Shown piece after piece: positions 19,626-30,281 of a stretch of 64,000 nucleotides of DNA. A program made the translations under genes and the position numbers. The number at the start of each line of letters is the position of its first letter. The stretch's first letter is position 1. Below the pieces are notes generated by a model. It saw nothing but the letters and a program-made list of their open reading frames with translations, did no database searches and had not been told where the DNA came from. Source of the stretch: an uncultured delta proteobacterium (lineage in GTDB: Bacteria; Desulfobacterota; BSN033; UBA1163); NCBI GenBank assembly GCA_963708295.1, contig CAVPSJ010000004.1:640001-704000 (forward strand), given 5' to 3'.

Positions 19626-19815
19626 CCTAAAATCAGGTTCACCGCTGAGCCGCAGAGAGCGCAGAGTGAGATTCTGTTCCGATCCAGTCGGGAGACGGCG
19701 ATTGGATCAGAAACCTCATTCCTACGGGACGGCAAAAGGCCCAAGAAACTCTGATGACTCTGCATTCCCTCCGCGTCCTCTGCGCCTCCGCAGTGAGAAT
19801 CCTATTTTGGACAAG
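19626..19815. repeat. MITE-like repeat family A, copy 2
   Basis: tcaccgctgagccgcagagagcgcagag ... ctccgcgtcctctgcgcctccgcagtgagaatcctattttggacaag; internal gatccagtcg..cgattggatc. Confidence 0.75.
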
Positions 19816-19891
19816 CATGATCCAGCAAGTCTTCGTGAATTAGTTGGCCTGTCTCTTGAAGAGTATTCCGAATTGCGATAAGTTAACCGAC

Positions 19892-20755
19892 ATGAATCGT
19901 CTTTATTTATTTCTCCTCGCCGGAATCATAGCGGTCTCAACCGCTTCGATTTTTATCAAGCTCTGTGATGCGCCGGTGTTGATCATTGCGACCTACAGGA
20001 TGGTGCTCGCCTCCCTGGTGTTGATGCCTTTTGCTTGTCATCAAGAAACGTGGAGGGGATGGGGGAGAACCGAATGGAAATGGTCTCTTCTCTCCGGGCT
20101 CTTCCTGAGCCTCCACTTTGCCTTCTGGATGGCCTCTTTGAAGTATACTTCGGTAGCCAGCTCCGTAGTCCTGGTAACTACCCATCCCGTCTTTGTCGGC
20201 ATAGGAGCGTGGCTCTTCCTGAAGGAAAGACCCGGGCTGAATTTAATCTTCGGAATCGCTCTCTCCGTTTTGGGGAGCGGATTGATCAGTTACGGGGATA
20301 TGAGCCCTTCGAAAGAGGCTTTGATGGGGGATGGGTTAGCCCTTCTGGGAGCCATCGCTGCATCAGGATACCTGCTTGTGGGAAGAAAAATGAGAAAGGA
20401 TCGGAATCTGATCTCCTACATCTTCCCGGTTTATTCAACGGCCGGATTGATCCTGATTCTCTTCGCCCTTATTTTCCAAAATCCTTTTTTCGGATATTCA
20501 TCGTCTACCTATCTCTATCTCTTTCTCCTCGCCCTCGTCCCTCAATTGATCGGTCACACGACGTTCAATTGGGCCTTGAAATATCTTCCGGCCACCGTGG
20601 TCGCCATTTCCGTTTTAGGTGAGCCCATGGGTTCTACCCTTTTGGCCTACTTTATTCTGGGGGAAGGGCTAACGGTCTGGAAGATCCTCGGGGGGATTTC
20701 AATCTTCGCCGGAATTCTGATGGCGCTTCGGAAAAAGGCTTTAAATTACAAGTAA
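19892..20755 (+). CDS. DMT/EamA family transporter
   Basis: About 10 TM segments in two EamA repeats; LGHTxFNWAL and EP motifs. Confidence 0.9.
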   Translation: MNRLYLFLLAGIIAVSTASIFIKLCDAPVLIIATYRMVLASLVLMPFACHQETWRGWGRTEWKWSLLSGLFLSLHFAFWMASLKYTSVASSVVLVTTHPVFVGIGAWLFLKERPGLNLIFGIALSVLGSGLISYGDMSPSKEALMGDGLALLGAIAASGYLLVGRKMRKDRNLISYIFPVYSTAGLILILFALIFQNPFFGYSSSTYLYLFLLALVPQLIGHTTFNWALKYLPATVVAISVLGEPMGSTLLAYFILGEGLTVWKILGGISIFAGILMALRKKALNYK

Positions 20756-20824
20756 ATTTGATAAAATGGTACAATTGTAGAATAGGGTGACTTTAGAAAA
20801 GGCTGCTGAAAAAGTCATCTTTCC

Positions 20825-20949
20825 CAGGTTGCTCAAAAAGGGCCAGATGCAAGGCCCCAGAAATCCTGAGGAGTGAGGCGTACTTGGCTGTACGCTGCAA
20901 CGACGAAGGATGAGGGAAACGCAGCAGATGGCCATTTTTCAGCAACCTG
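20825..20949. mobile_element. MITE-like element family B, copy 1 (~125 bp)
   Basis: TIRs caggttgctcaaaaa / atttttcagcaacctg; inverted copy at 23227. Confidence 0.75.
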
Positions 20950-20993
20950 TTATCGGGTAGCGATCAGTTCTTAGGAAGGGAACGGGTCCCGCA

Positions 20994-22379
20994 ATGAAGA
21001 TAACCGTACTTAACGGAAGCCCCAAGGGGGACTCCAGCGTCACCCTGCAGTATGTCCATTTCATGCAGAAGAAGTTTCCTCAACATGAACTGAAGATCGT
21101 CAACATCGCGGCCCAGATTAAAAGGATCGAAAAAGACGAAAAGACATTCCAAGAGGTGATGGACGAAGTAAGGTCTTCAGAAGGCGTGCTCTGGGCTTTC
21201 CCCCTCTATTACCTTCTCGTTTCCTCCCAATATAAGCGGTTTATCGAGCTCCTCTGGGAGAGAGAGGCAGTGGATGCTCTCAAAAACAAGTATACCGCGG
21301 TGTTGTCCACCTCTATTCATTTCTTCGACCACACGGCTCATAATTACATGAATGCAATTTGCGATGATCTTGATATGAAATATTTGGGCTTTTTCTCAGC
21401 CGCTATGTATGATCTCCTGAGTCGAAAGGGGAGAGAAAAATGGACCCTTTTTTGCTCCGAATTCTTCGATGGGATTCAAAAGCGCATCCCCACCTCGAAG
21501 AGATTTCCACCCGTCCTTTATCGGCCCTTCGATTATGTCCAAGGTCCTGTGGAGCAGCCGATCAGCACCCAAGGGAAAAAGGTGTTGATCCTATCCGATC
21601 TGAAAGACCCTCATACCAATTTAGGCAAGATGATCGAGCGATTTAGAAATTCATTCATGGGTGAGGTGCAGGTGACCAATCTCCATCATATCGATATAAA
21701 AGGAGGCTGCCTGGGTTGCCTTCAATGCGGTTATGATTATCAATGTTCCTACGGGAATCAAGATGAATATGTTCCATTCTATAAAGATCAGGTGAAAAAT
21801 GCCGATATCCTTATTTTCGCAGGAACGATCCAGGACAGGTATTTGTCCTCCAGATGGAAAATGTTCTTCGACAGAAGTTTCTTTAATACCCATACGCCGT
21901 CCTTAACGGGGAAGCAAGTCGGATTCATCCTTTCCGGGCCATTGAGACAAATTCCCAACCTCAGACAGATCTTGGAAGCTTATACAGAATGGCAGCAGGC
22001 GAATCTTGTCGATATGATTACAGACGAAGAAGAGGACTCGAAGATATTGGACGGACGGCTCCAGTATTTAGCCGAGCGGAGCATTCGCCTTGCTGAGAAG
22101 AACTATATCAAACCGAAGACTTTTCTCAGTGTCGCCGGAATGAAGATCCTCAGGGACGATATTTGGGGAAAACTCCGGTTTCCTTTTCAGGCAGATCATC
22201 AGTTCTATAAAGAACACCATCTCTATGACTTTCCTCAGCGAGATTACAAGGCCCGTCTCATCAACTCTCTCTTAATCCTTCTCACGAAAATACCCTCGAT
22301 GAGAAAAGAAATCTATCGTAAGAGAATAAAGGAGGAAATGTTAAAACCCTTCCAAAGGGTTTTGGAAAAGGAAGAATAA
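20994..22379 (+). CDS. Tandem flavodoxin-fold NAD(P)H-dependent oxidoreductase (iron-sulfur flavoprotein-like)
   Basis: LNGSPKG; second domain with GCLGCLQC...C. Confidence 0.8.
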   Translation: MKITVLNGSPKGDSSVTLQYVHFMQKKFPQHELKIVNIAAQIKRIEKDEKTFQEVMDEVRSSEGVLWAFPLYYLLVSSQYKRFIELLWEREAVDALKNKYTAVLSTSIHFFDHTAHNYMNAICDDLDMKYLGFFSAAMYDLLSRKGREKWTLFCSEFFDGIQKRIPTSKRFPPVLYRPFDYVQGPVEQPISTQGKKVLILSDLKDPHTNLGKMIERFRNSFMGEVQVTNLHHIDIKGGCLGCLQCGYDYQCSYGNQDEYVPFYKDQVKNADILIFAGTIQDRYLSSRWKMFFDRSFFNTHTPSLTGKQVGFILSGPLRQIPNLRQILEAYTEWQQANLVDMITDEEEDSKILDGRLQYLAERSIRLAEKNYIKPKTFLSVAGMKILRDDIWGKLRFPFQADHQFYKEHHLYDFPQRDYKARLINSLLILLTKIPSMRKEIYRKRIKEEMLKPFQRVLEKEE

Positions 22380-22410
22380 AAATACGGGAAAAATAGCAAA
22401 AGAACTCACT

Positions 22411-22668
22411 CTTGTCCAAAATAGATTCTCAACGCAGAGCCGCAAAGGACGCAGAGAAACCGATTTTTTATTTGGCGCTGAGAGGCTGCCAAATAAAAAG
22501 CCTTCTGTTACTCTGGGATAAGGTTCTTCGTAGCTTGTATAGCCTCCAAAGAGTCCCGGTTTAATGGTCGAAGTGAAGAAGTTTCTGATCCGATCGTCGT
22601 CTCCCGATGGGATCAGAAGAAAAATATTCCTCAGCGGTCTCTGCGGCTCTGCGGTAAACCTGGTTTTG
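22411..22668. repeat. MITE-like repeat family A, copy 3 (inverted relative to copy 2)
   Basis: cttgtccaaaatagattctcaacgcagagccgcaaaggacgcagag ... ctctgcggctctgcggtaaacctggttttg; same two internal hairpins as copy 1. Confidence 0.75.
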
Positions 22669-22740
22669 AAAAAAGCGAATACCAGGCAAAAAGCTCAATG
22701 AAATCAGCTTGCATTTCACCATCAAGGAAGGGAAAAAGCC

Positions 22741-23220
22741 ATGAAATTCGTCGTCCATGAACATCATGCAACACGGCTCCATTACGATTTCCGTCTGGAG
22801 ATCGCCGGAGTCCTCAAATCATGGGCCATTCCGAAAGGCCCTTCCATGAATCCGGCGGATAAGAGGCTTGCTGTCATGGTGGACGATCACCCGCTGGAAT
22901 ACGGCGAGTTTGAAGGAATCATTCCTCAAGGACAATACGGCGCCGGGCCCGTCCTCATCTGGGACTCGGGTGAATTTCAACCGGAGGGAGATTCCGAATC
23001 CGCCCTGAAGAAAGGAAAGCTAAGTTTCACTTTGAAGGGAAAGAAACTGAAGGGCGGCTTCTCTCTCATCCTCATGAAAGGGAGAGGGAGTGGTAAGGAT
23101 TGGCTTCTCATCAAGGGTCAGGACTCCTTCGCCCAAAAGGACTGGGAGATCAAACAAGAACTGACTCTGGGAAAGAAGAAGAAACTCATTGAAAAAGCGC
23201 CACCGTGTGAAACGAGCTAA
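22741..23220 (+). CDS. Stand-alone LigD 3'-phosphoesterase module
   Basis: FVVHEHHATRLHYDFRLE, SWAIPKGPS, DHPLEYGEFEG, YGAG. Confidence 0.92.
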   Translation: MKFVVHEHHATRLHYDFRLEIAGVLKSWAIPKGPSMNPADKRLAVMVDDHPLEYGEFEGIIPQGQYGAGPVLIWDSGEFQPEGDSESALKKGKLSFTLKGKKLKGGFSLILMKGRGSGKDWLLIKGQDSFAQKDWEIKQELTLGKKKKLIEKAPPCETS

Positions 23221-23226
23221 TTCTAC

Positions 23227-23351
23227 CGGGTTGCTGAAAAACGCCCATCTGCGGCGTTTCCTTCATCCTTCGTCGTTGAGGCGTACCTCCAAGTACGCCT
23301 CACTTCTCAGGATTTCAGGGGCCTTCCATCTGGGCATTTTTGAGCAACCCG
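23227..23351. mobile_element. MITE-like element family B, copy 2 (inverted)
   Basis: cgggttgctgaaaaa ... tttttgagcaacccg; interior is the diverged reverse complement of 20825-20949. Confidence 0.75.
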
Positions 23352-23444
23352 GGAAATAGAATGTTTCCAGTTAACTCCTAGATTGCAGATTGAAAGATCT
23401 GGAAACAAATTTGTTTTAGTCATTCGGAATTCGAGATTTCATCC

Positions 23445-24407
23445 TCAGCATTGAAACAAAGGCAATTGCCATTCGGTTCGGTTGCCGGTAGCCATCCTTG
23501 CCCTTCCCGAACTGCAGAGGTCTCCTTTCAGATCCGGGTTCTTACACTGACAGATCGAGGCCGTGATCCCGAACCTTTCTCCAATTTCCTTCATCCTCCC
23601 ATACCCCTTCTCCCGTATGGCTATTGGAAGGAGTTTTGTCCTGGTAGAAGAACCAATCGCTTTCCACTCCCGGGCCTGGAAACAGGACTCTATGATTTTC
23701 CGATGAAGGGGGGAAAGCTCTTCCATCAATTGCCTCTCGATGGCAGGCCGAAGATGGAGGTAGCTAAGGGTCACGCGTTTCACTCCTGCCCCCTGTAGCC
23801 GCCTGAAAAGGGCCGTGGCCTCGATTTCCGTATCCGTAACGAAAGGGATGATGGGATCGACCCTTACCTCCGGAAGAATTCCGATCTCCTTCAACCTTTC
23901 AACATTCCCCAGCCTCTTCTCCGGAGATGGAGTCCCGGGCTCATAGACTTTCCGATATCGCTCCGAGAGAGAAACCAGGCCAATCTGAGTGAAGATTTTT
24001 TCAGGAGAAATTTTCAGGAGATCGAAGAACCGGTGCGGAATGAGCCCTTTCGTTAAGAAGGAGATTCCGATCCCGCGATCGACGAGGGTTCGAATCACCT
24101 CATAAGTAACGTCAAGAATATCGGGATGATGTTGAAAGCAGTCCGATGAGGTGTTCAGGATCACCCATCGGGGAATCGCCTTTTTCCTCAGCAACTCCTC
24201 TTTTAAAAGGCTGGGCAAATTGACATAAAGCTGAACCTCTCCCTTTCGGGGCGCCTGGCTGTATCCTCTGGCATAACAGTAAGTGCACTCAAAGATACAA
24301 CCGTTGGTGATATTGAGGGTGGGAATTCCTTCGAGACAACCGAATTGAGCCGGCGTCAGTACTTTGCCCTTTCTCAGCTTCGGAATAAGTCTTTGATTAT
24401 CCAACAC
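23445..24407 (-). CDS. Radical SAM protein, spore photoproduct lyase-like family
   Basis: GCIFECTYCYA (CxxxCxxC), SSDCFQ, FLTKG, YEPG, DPIIP. Confidence 0.85.
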   Translation of the reverse strand: MLDNQRLIPKLRKGKVLTPAQFGCLEGIPTLNITNGCIFECTYCYARGYSQAPRKGEVQLYVNLPSLLKEELLRKKAIPRWVILNTSSDCFQHHPDILDVTYEVIRTLVDRGIGISFLTKGLIPHRFFDLLKISPEKIFTQIGLVSLSERYRKVYEPGTPSPEKRLGNVERLKEIGILPEVRVDPIIPFVTDTEIEATALFRRLQGAGVKRVTLSYLHLRPAIERQLMEELSPLHRKIIESCFQAREWKAIGSSTRTKLLPIAIREKGYGRMKEIGERFGITASICQCKNPDLKGDLCSSGRARMATGNRTEWQLPLFQC

Positions 24408-24484
24408 AACCCATTTCGCGCTAATCGTTCGAAGTTGCCAAAGGGGAGGGTGAGAACTCCGATCTCTAAACTCTGAACTCCGAA

Positions 24485-27400
24485 CTAGGTTTTATGCCGC
24501 CACTTCTTTACTCTATCCCGGGCTCCCTCTATGTAAACGTAAATCACAGGAGTGAGATAAAGAGTGATGAGCTGGGAAAAGACAAGGCCACCCACCACAG
24601 CGAGTCCAAGGGGACGCCGTGATTCTGCACCGGTGCCAAATCCGATCGCAATGGGCAGCGTGCCCATGATGGCTGCCATCGTCGTCATCATGATGGGACG
24701 GAACCGGATCAGACATCCTTCAAAGATGGCATCATACGGGTTTTTCCCATGGTTTCTCTGTGCCTCGAGGGCAAAGTCAATCATCATGATGGCATTCTTT
24801 TTAACGATTCCGATCAGCATGATGATTCCTACCATCGAATACAGGTTTAAATCCATGTTGGGGATCTTCAGCGCTTTGAAAATCAGCAGTGTCACTAAGG
24901 CCCCGAACCCGGCAGAAGGAAGACCCGAAAGAATGGTAAGAGGATGGACGAAACTCTCATAGAGAATCCCGAGCACGATGTAAATGACTAAGATCGCCAT
25001 CACCAATAGGAGGCCCATTCCTTTCATGGAGGCCTGAAAGGCTTGGGCCGTTCCCTGGAAGCTCGTGCTGATCGAAGCAGGCATCGTAGCCTTTGCTGCC
25101 TTTTGAACAGCGGCGACGGCATCCCCGAGAGAAACACCCGGCTGAATATTGAAAGAAAGGGTTACCGAGGGAAGCTGACCCAGGTGGTTTATAGAAAGAG
25201 GCCCAAGGCTACGGGTCAGATTCGCCACCGCATTGAGAGGGACCAATTGGCCTGTGGAAGATCGAATGTAAAGCATGGAGAGAGCAGACGGATCTAACTG
25301 ATATCGAGGTTCCAGTTCGATGATGACCTGGTACTGGTTAATAGGAGTGTAAATGGTAGAGATCTGCCTTGCTCCATAGGCGCTGTACAGAGCATCTTCG
25401 ATCTGATTAGCGGTCACGCGAAGAGCCGAGGCCTTATCCCGATCAATGTCGATATTCACCTGAGGGTTCTTGATTTGCAGATCGCTGTTCACATCTTGCA
25501 GCCCTGGTATTCCTCGCATCTTCGCTTCGAGTTGAGGAGCATGTTTAGAAAGTTCCTTGATCTCAGGACTTTGCAGGGTAAATTGGTACTGACCCTTGGT
25601 CAGCTGTCCTCCAATCCGAATGGGAGGAGGGTTTTGAAGGAAAGCCTGGATGCCTGGAATCTTTGCCAGCTTTGGACGTAACTCCTGAATCACCTCATCC
25701 GCGGTCAATTTCCGTTCAGACCGCGGCTTCAACGTAACAAAGATGCGGCCCAGGTTCCCCGTTGCGGATGGGCCTCCTGCTCCCGCCGTGGAAGAAAAGG
25801 AATCGACATTCGGGTCCTGCCGGACAACCTCCATCACAGCAAGCTGATGTTGTTTCATCGATTCGAAAGAGATCCCCTGTGCCGCTTCGGTGAAGCCGAA
25901 GATCTGACCAATGTCTTCACTCGGGAGAAATCCGTAGGAGAAAGTCATGAAAAGAAAGCCCGTGGCAACGAGAATCAGGATGGAGAACACCATCGTCGCC
26001 AGGCGGTGGTTCAAGACAAATTTAAGGCTCGACCGATAGACTTGAAGCATCCCCTCGAAGAAGCGCTCTGAGGTTCTATAGAGACGACTTTGCTTCGTTT
26101 CCCCCTGGTGCCTCAGAAAACGACTGCAGAGCATGGGGGTCAGGCTCAAGGAAACGAAACCGGAAACCAATATCGCCACGCCTATCGTCACGGCAAATTC
26201 ATGAAGCAATCTGCCCACGATCCCGCCCATGAAAAGGACGGGGATAAAGACGGCAACGAGGGAAAGGGTCATCGACAGGATCGTAAAGCCGATCTCTCTC
26301 GATCCATTGAACGCAGCTTGGAGAGGCTTTTCTCCCGTCTCCATGTGCCGGACGATATTTTCCAACATCACGATGGCGTCATCAACCACGAATCCTACGG
26401 AAAGCGTCAAAGCCATCAGGGAGAGATTATCCAGGCTGTATCCCAGGACGTACATGGCCGCGAATGTACCGATGACCGACATGGGAAGGGCCAGGCTTGG
26501 AATGATGGTAGCCGACAAGTTCCGCAGAAAGAGAAAAATCACCAGGACGACCAGGCACATCGTTAGAAGCAAAGTGAACTTAACATCATTGACCGAATCA
26601 CGAATCGAAAGAGACCGGTCATACTGAACGTCCAGATTGATTGAACCAGGCATCTGAGAACGAAACGTGGGCAGCAGCTCCCGGATTGAATCCACCACCT
26701 GAACGGTGTTTGTTCCGGGTTGACGGTAAATGGCCAAACCGATGTTGCGAACATTATTGTACCAGCCTGCGATCTTGTCATTTTCGACGCTGTCGATCAC
26801 TCTTCCCAGGTCGCCGAGCCGCACAGGAGCACCATTCCGGTAGGCCACGATCAGGGGACGGTAAGCCTCTGCATTATTCAGTTTTCCGCTGGCCTCTATG
26901 GTGAAAGCCTGGTGGGCTCCGTACAATATCCCGGTTGGAAGGTTCACATTTCCAGTTACGATCGCATTCGCTGCTTCGTTGATCCCGATAGAGCGTGTAG
27001 CAAGAGCCTTTGGGTCCAGTTGGACGCGAACAGCATATTTCTGAGCCCCAAAGACCTGAACCTGGGCCACGCCGCTCACCATGGAGATTCGTTGAGCCAC
27101 ATAGGTATCCGCATATTCGTGAACAGCTGGGAGAGGAAGGGTGGATGAGCTGAAGGACAGGAAGAGGACGGGGAAGTCCGCCGGGTTGACCTTCTGATAG
27201 GACGGAGGGTTGGGCATATCCGGCGGGAGCTGGCGTGCCGCCTTTCCGATCATCGCCTGGACGTCCTGAGCCGCCGCATCGATATTTCGGCTCAGGTTGA
27301 ATTGCAGCGTGATTCGCGTGTTCCCCTGGGTGTTGGTTGAATTCATCGAGTCCAGCCCCGCAATGGTTGAGAATTGCCGCTCGAGTGGAATCGCCACGGC

Positions 27401-27583
27401 AGAAGCCATTGTTTCCGGACTTGCTCCGGGGAGTTCGGCGATCACGAGAATGGTAGGGAAGTCAACCGTAGGGAGGTCACTGACCGGCAAGAGACGATAT
27501 CCCAGGATACCGAAGAGGAGAATTCCTATCATGACCAGGGTTGTCATGACAGGACGCCGGATAAAAAGTTCTGGGATGTTCAT
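24485..27583 (-). CDS. RND efflux permease (MdtB/AcrB family)
   Basis: FIRRPV, GFVVDDAIV, GIVKKNAI, RFRPIMMTT; 1032 aa. Confidence 0.95.
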   Translation of the reverse strand: MNIPELFIRRPVMTTLVMIGILLFGILGYRLLPVSDLPTVDFPTILVIAELPGASPETMASAVAIPLERQFSTIAGLDSMNSTNTQGNTRITLQFNLSRNIDAAAQDVQAMIGKAARQLPPDMPNPPSYQKVNPADFPVLFLSFSSSTLPLPAVHEYADTYVAQRISMVSGVAQVQVFGAQKYAVRVQLDPKALATRSIGINEAANAIVTGNVNLPTGILYGAHQAFTIEASGKLNNAEAYRPLIVAYRNGAPVRLGDLGRVIDSVENDKIAGWYNNVRNIGLAIYRQPGTNTVQVVDSIRELLPTFRSQMPGSINLDVQYDRSLSIRDSVNDVKFTLLLTMCLVVLVIFLFLRNLSATIIPSLALPMSVIGTFAAMYVLGYSLDNLSLMALTLSVGFVVDDAIVMLENIVRHMETGEKPLQAAFNGSREIGFTILSMTLSLVAVFIPVLFMGGIVGRLLHEFAVTIGVAILVSGFVSLSLTPMLCSRFLRHQGETKQSRLYRTSERFFEGMLQVYRSSLKFVLNHRLATMVFSILILVATGFLFMTFSYGFLPSEDIGQIFGFTEAAQGISFESMKQHQLAVMEVVRQDPNVDSFSSTAGAGGPSATGNLGRIFVTLKPRSERKLTADEVIQELRPKLAKIPGIQAFLQNPPPIRIGGQLTKGQYQFTLQSPEIKELSKHAPQLEAKMRGIPGLQDVNSDLQIKNPQVNIDIDRDKASALRVTANQIEDALYSAYGARQISTIYTPINQYQVIIELEPRYQLDPSALSMLYIRSSTGQLVPLNAVANLTRSLGPLSINHLGQLPSVTLSFNIQPGVSLGDAVAAVQKAAKATMPASISTSFQGTAQAFQASMKGMGLLLVMAILVIYIVLGILYESFVHPLTILSGLPSAGFGALVTLLIFKALKIPNMDLNLYSMVGIIMLIGIVKKNAIMMIDFALEAQRNHGKNPYDAIFEGCLIRFRPIMMTTMAAIMGTLPIAIGFGTGAESRRPLGLAVVGGLVFSQLITLYLTPVIYVYIEGARDRVKKWRHKT

Positions 27584-28719
27584 GGTGTTTTTTTCTGGCT
27601 GGCGTTGGCTGAATCAGGCGTTTTGACTTCAACTCTAGCTCCGGGGTAGAGCCGGACCTGTCCATCGGTCACCACCCTTTCATCCGCCTGAAGTCCCTTT
27701 TGAATAACGGTCTCACCATTGATTGTTCTTCCGGCTACCACCTGGCGGGATTCTACCGTCAAGTCAGGCTTGACGACAAAGACATACTGCCCGTCCTGTC
27801 CGGTCTGGATGGCTTGGGAGGGCACCACGACCACATTCGGTTCTTCTGTGAGGGTGAGAACCAAGTTGACGAATTGTCCTGGCCAGAGTTTTCTCTCACG
27901 ATTGTCAAAAGTTCCTTTGAGCCGTATCATTCCGGTGGAGGTATCCACCGCGTTATCAATAAAGGTAACGGTCCCCTTCTCCGGACGTTCATCACTCTGG
28001 GGAGAAGAGGCTTCGACCTGGAGCTTATTGGAAGCCATTCGTTTTCGGATCTCCGGAAGGAATTGCTCGGGCACAGAGAAGGAAACGTCGATAGGAACGA
28101 TCTGATTGATGACCAGAAGGGTGATATCATCCGCTTTGATAATGTTGCCTTGCTTGACGGAGAGGCTCCCTGTGCGGCCTTCTATGGGTGAGCGAATCGA
28201 GCAGTATTCCAATTGGATCTTCGCATTCTCAACGGCAGCCCGATCCGCAACGACCGTGGCCTCGAGTGCCTCCGCATCCGAATGAATCTTGTCATACTGC
28301 TGCGTCGAGACCACTTTTCTCTGGATTAAGGATTCATACCGCCGTGCATCCTCTGTCGCGTTCCTGGCCCTGGCCTGGTCCCTCTGAAGATTGGCTTCGG
28401 CCTCCTTCAAAGCCGCCTCGTGCGGACGAGGATCAATTGTAAGAAGGAGGTCTCCTTTCTTCACGTCCTGACCCTCTGTAAAATGAACGCGGACTAATTC
28501 TCCGCCGACCTTCGATTTGACCATCACCGAAGAAAAGGCCTGAACATTCCCGATGGCACGAAGCTCCACGGGAACTGTTTTCTTTGTCGCGAGGCCAACG
28601 ACCACAGGTGGGGGCGGAACAGGATTTTTGGCTTTTCCGTTAGAACAGGCTGAAGCAAGAAGGGTGAGAAGCAGCAACCCTGGAATGATCCATGGAATTT
28701 TTGTCCTTTTTCTTCTCAC
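27580..28719 (-). CDS. RND periplasmic adaptor (MdtA-like)
   Basis: Lipobox LASAC, EGQDVKKGDLL, IRSPIEG, LWPGQFV. Confidence 0.93.
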   Translation of the reverse strand: MRRKRTKIPWIIPGLLLLTLLASACSNGKAKNPVPPPPVVVGLATKKTVPVELRAIGNVQAFSSVMVKSKVGGELVRVHFTEGQDVKKGDLLLTIDPRPHEAALKEAEANLQRDQARARNATEDARRYESLIQRKVVSTQQYDKIHSDAEALEATVVADRAAVENAKIQLEYCSIRSPIEGRTGSLSVKQGNIIKADDITLLVINQIVPIDVSFSVPEQFLPEIRKRMASNKLQVEASSPQSDERPEKGTVTFIDNAVDTSTGMIRLKGTFDNRERKLWPGQFVNLVLTLTEEPNVVVVPSQAIQTGQDGQYVFVVKPDLTVESRQVVAGRTINGETVIQKGLQADERVVTDGQVRLYPGARVEVKTPDSANASQKKTP

Positions 28720-28868
28720 AACAACAATATTTAAGACTTTATTCCACGTTTGTCAATCGTCCAACACTCCAGAAGGATTAGACAAAATTAAGATTGACAT
28801 TCAATCTTCTTTCAGCGATATTGTGTTGAGTTAAGGCAGACAACCTGTTAGAGGAACCCGGAATAGGA

Positions 28869-30281
28869 ATGAAAGAGGGAGCGCCGAAAAAAATACTGGT
28901 GATTGATGATGAGAAGGATACGGTGGAAATGATCACTGTGCTCCTCAAATTGGAGGGTTTTCAAGTCCTCCCCGCCTTTTCCGGGGATGAGGCGACGAGA
29001 ATTTTGGAGGCGGAGAGTCAGAAGGTTTCGGAATCTGAAACACCCGTCGATCTGATTCTCCTCGATATTTTGCTGGGCGACGCGGATGGGAGGGAGATCT
29101 GCCTCAAGATCAAAGAGGATGAAAGATTGAAATTCATCCCGGTCATCATTCTTACCGTTCGATCAAGCCTTCAGGATAAGATCCACAGCCTCAACCTGGG
29201 AGCGGATGACTACATCACCAAGCCATTTATTAACGAAGAATTGCTGGCGAAGGTGAACGTGATGCTTCGAATCAAGGATCTTCATGATGAACTGAAGAGG
29301 GAGAAGGATAAGAATGTTCTCCTCACACAGGCGTTGGAGAAGCGATATAGTTTCGGAAACATCCTCGGGAAAAACGCCCGGATGCAAGAGGTCTTCGAGT
29401 TGATCTCGGACATTGCCGACACGGATTCCACCGTGCTCATCCAGGGGGAGAGCGGAACGGGAAAAGAATTGATCGCCAGGGCGATTCATTTCAACAGTCA
29501 CCGGAAGAACAAACCTTTCATCATCGCGAATTGCTCGGCCTATTCTCAGAACCTTCTGGAGAGCGAGCTCTTCGGCCACGAGAAAGGGTCTTTCACAGGG
29601 GCCATCCGGCGAAAGGTCGGACGGTTCGAACTGGCCGATGGGGGAACGATCTTCCTCGATGAGATCGGAGAGGTCTCTCCTCCGACCCAGATCCTGCTGC
29701 TTCGGGTCTTGCAAGATCACCGCTTCGAGAGGGTCGGGGGGGAAGAGACCCTCGAGGTGGACACCAGGGTGATTGCTGCGACGAATAAGAATCTGACTGA
29801 GGAGATGAAGAAGGGGACCTTCAGGGAAGACCTTTATTACCGGCTTAATGTCATTCCCATTTTCGTTCCTCCCCTTCGTGAGAGAAAAGATGATATCCCC
29901 CTTCTGGCTTCTTATTTTCTGCAAAAATTCAGCCGCGAGAGGGGAAAAGAAGTCACCGGTTTTTCTCCTGAAGTAATAGAGATTCTCCTCGCTCACTCCT
30001 GGCCTGGAAATGTCCGTGAATTAGAGAATGTCATTGATCATGCGATCATCATTTCGAAACAGGACAAGGTGCTGCCGAGAGACCTTCCGCAATTCTTGTC
30101 TCAGAGACCTTTGCCCGCACAAGAATTCACAACCCTCGAGGATTATGAAAGGGATCTCATTTTGAGAACTTTGCAGGAAACCAATTGGAATAAGTATAAG
30201 GCTTCAAAAAAATTAAATATTAATCGATCCACCCTTTATGGAAAGATCAAACGATATGGGTTGGAAAAAAGACAGAATTAA
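28869..30281 (+). CDS. Sigma-54-dependent response regulator (REC-AAA+-Fis HTH)
   Basis: REC domain; [29 protein letters not shown]; C-terminal HTH. Confidence 0.95.
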   Translation: MKEGAPKKILVIDDEKDTVEMITVLLKLEGFQVLPAFSGDEATRILEAESQKVSESETPVDLILLDILLGDADGREICLKIKEDERLKFIPVIILTVRSSLQDKIHSLNLGADDYITKPFINEELLAKVNVMLRIKDLHDELKREKDKNVLLTQALEKRYSFGNILGKNARMQEVFELISDIADTDSTVLIQGESGTGKELIARAIHFNSHRKNKPFIIANCSAYSQNLLESELFGHEKGSFTGAIRRKVGRFELADGGTIFLDEIGEVSPPTQILLLRVLQDHRFERVGGEETLEVDTRVIAATNKNLTEEMKKGTFREDLYYRLNVIPIFVPPLRERKDDIPLLASYFLQKFSRERGKEVTGFSPEVIEILLAHSWPGNVRELENVIDHAIIISKQDKVLPRDLPQFLSQRPLPAQEFTTLEDYERDLILRTLQETNWNKYKASKKLNINRSTLYGKIKRYGLEKRQN

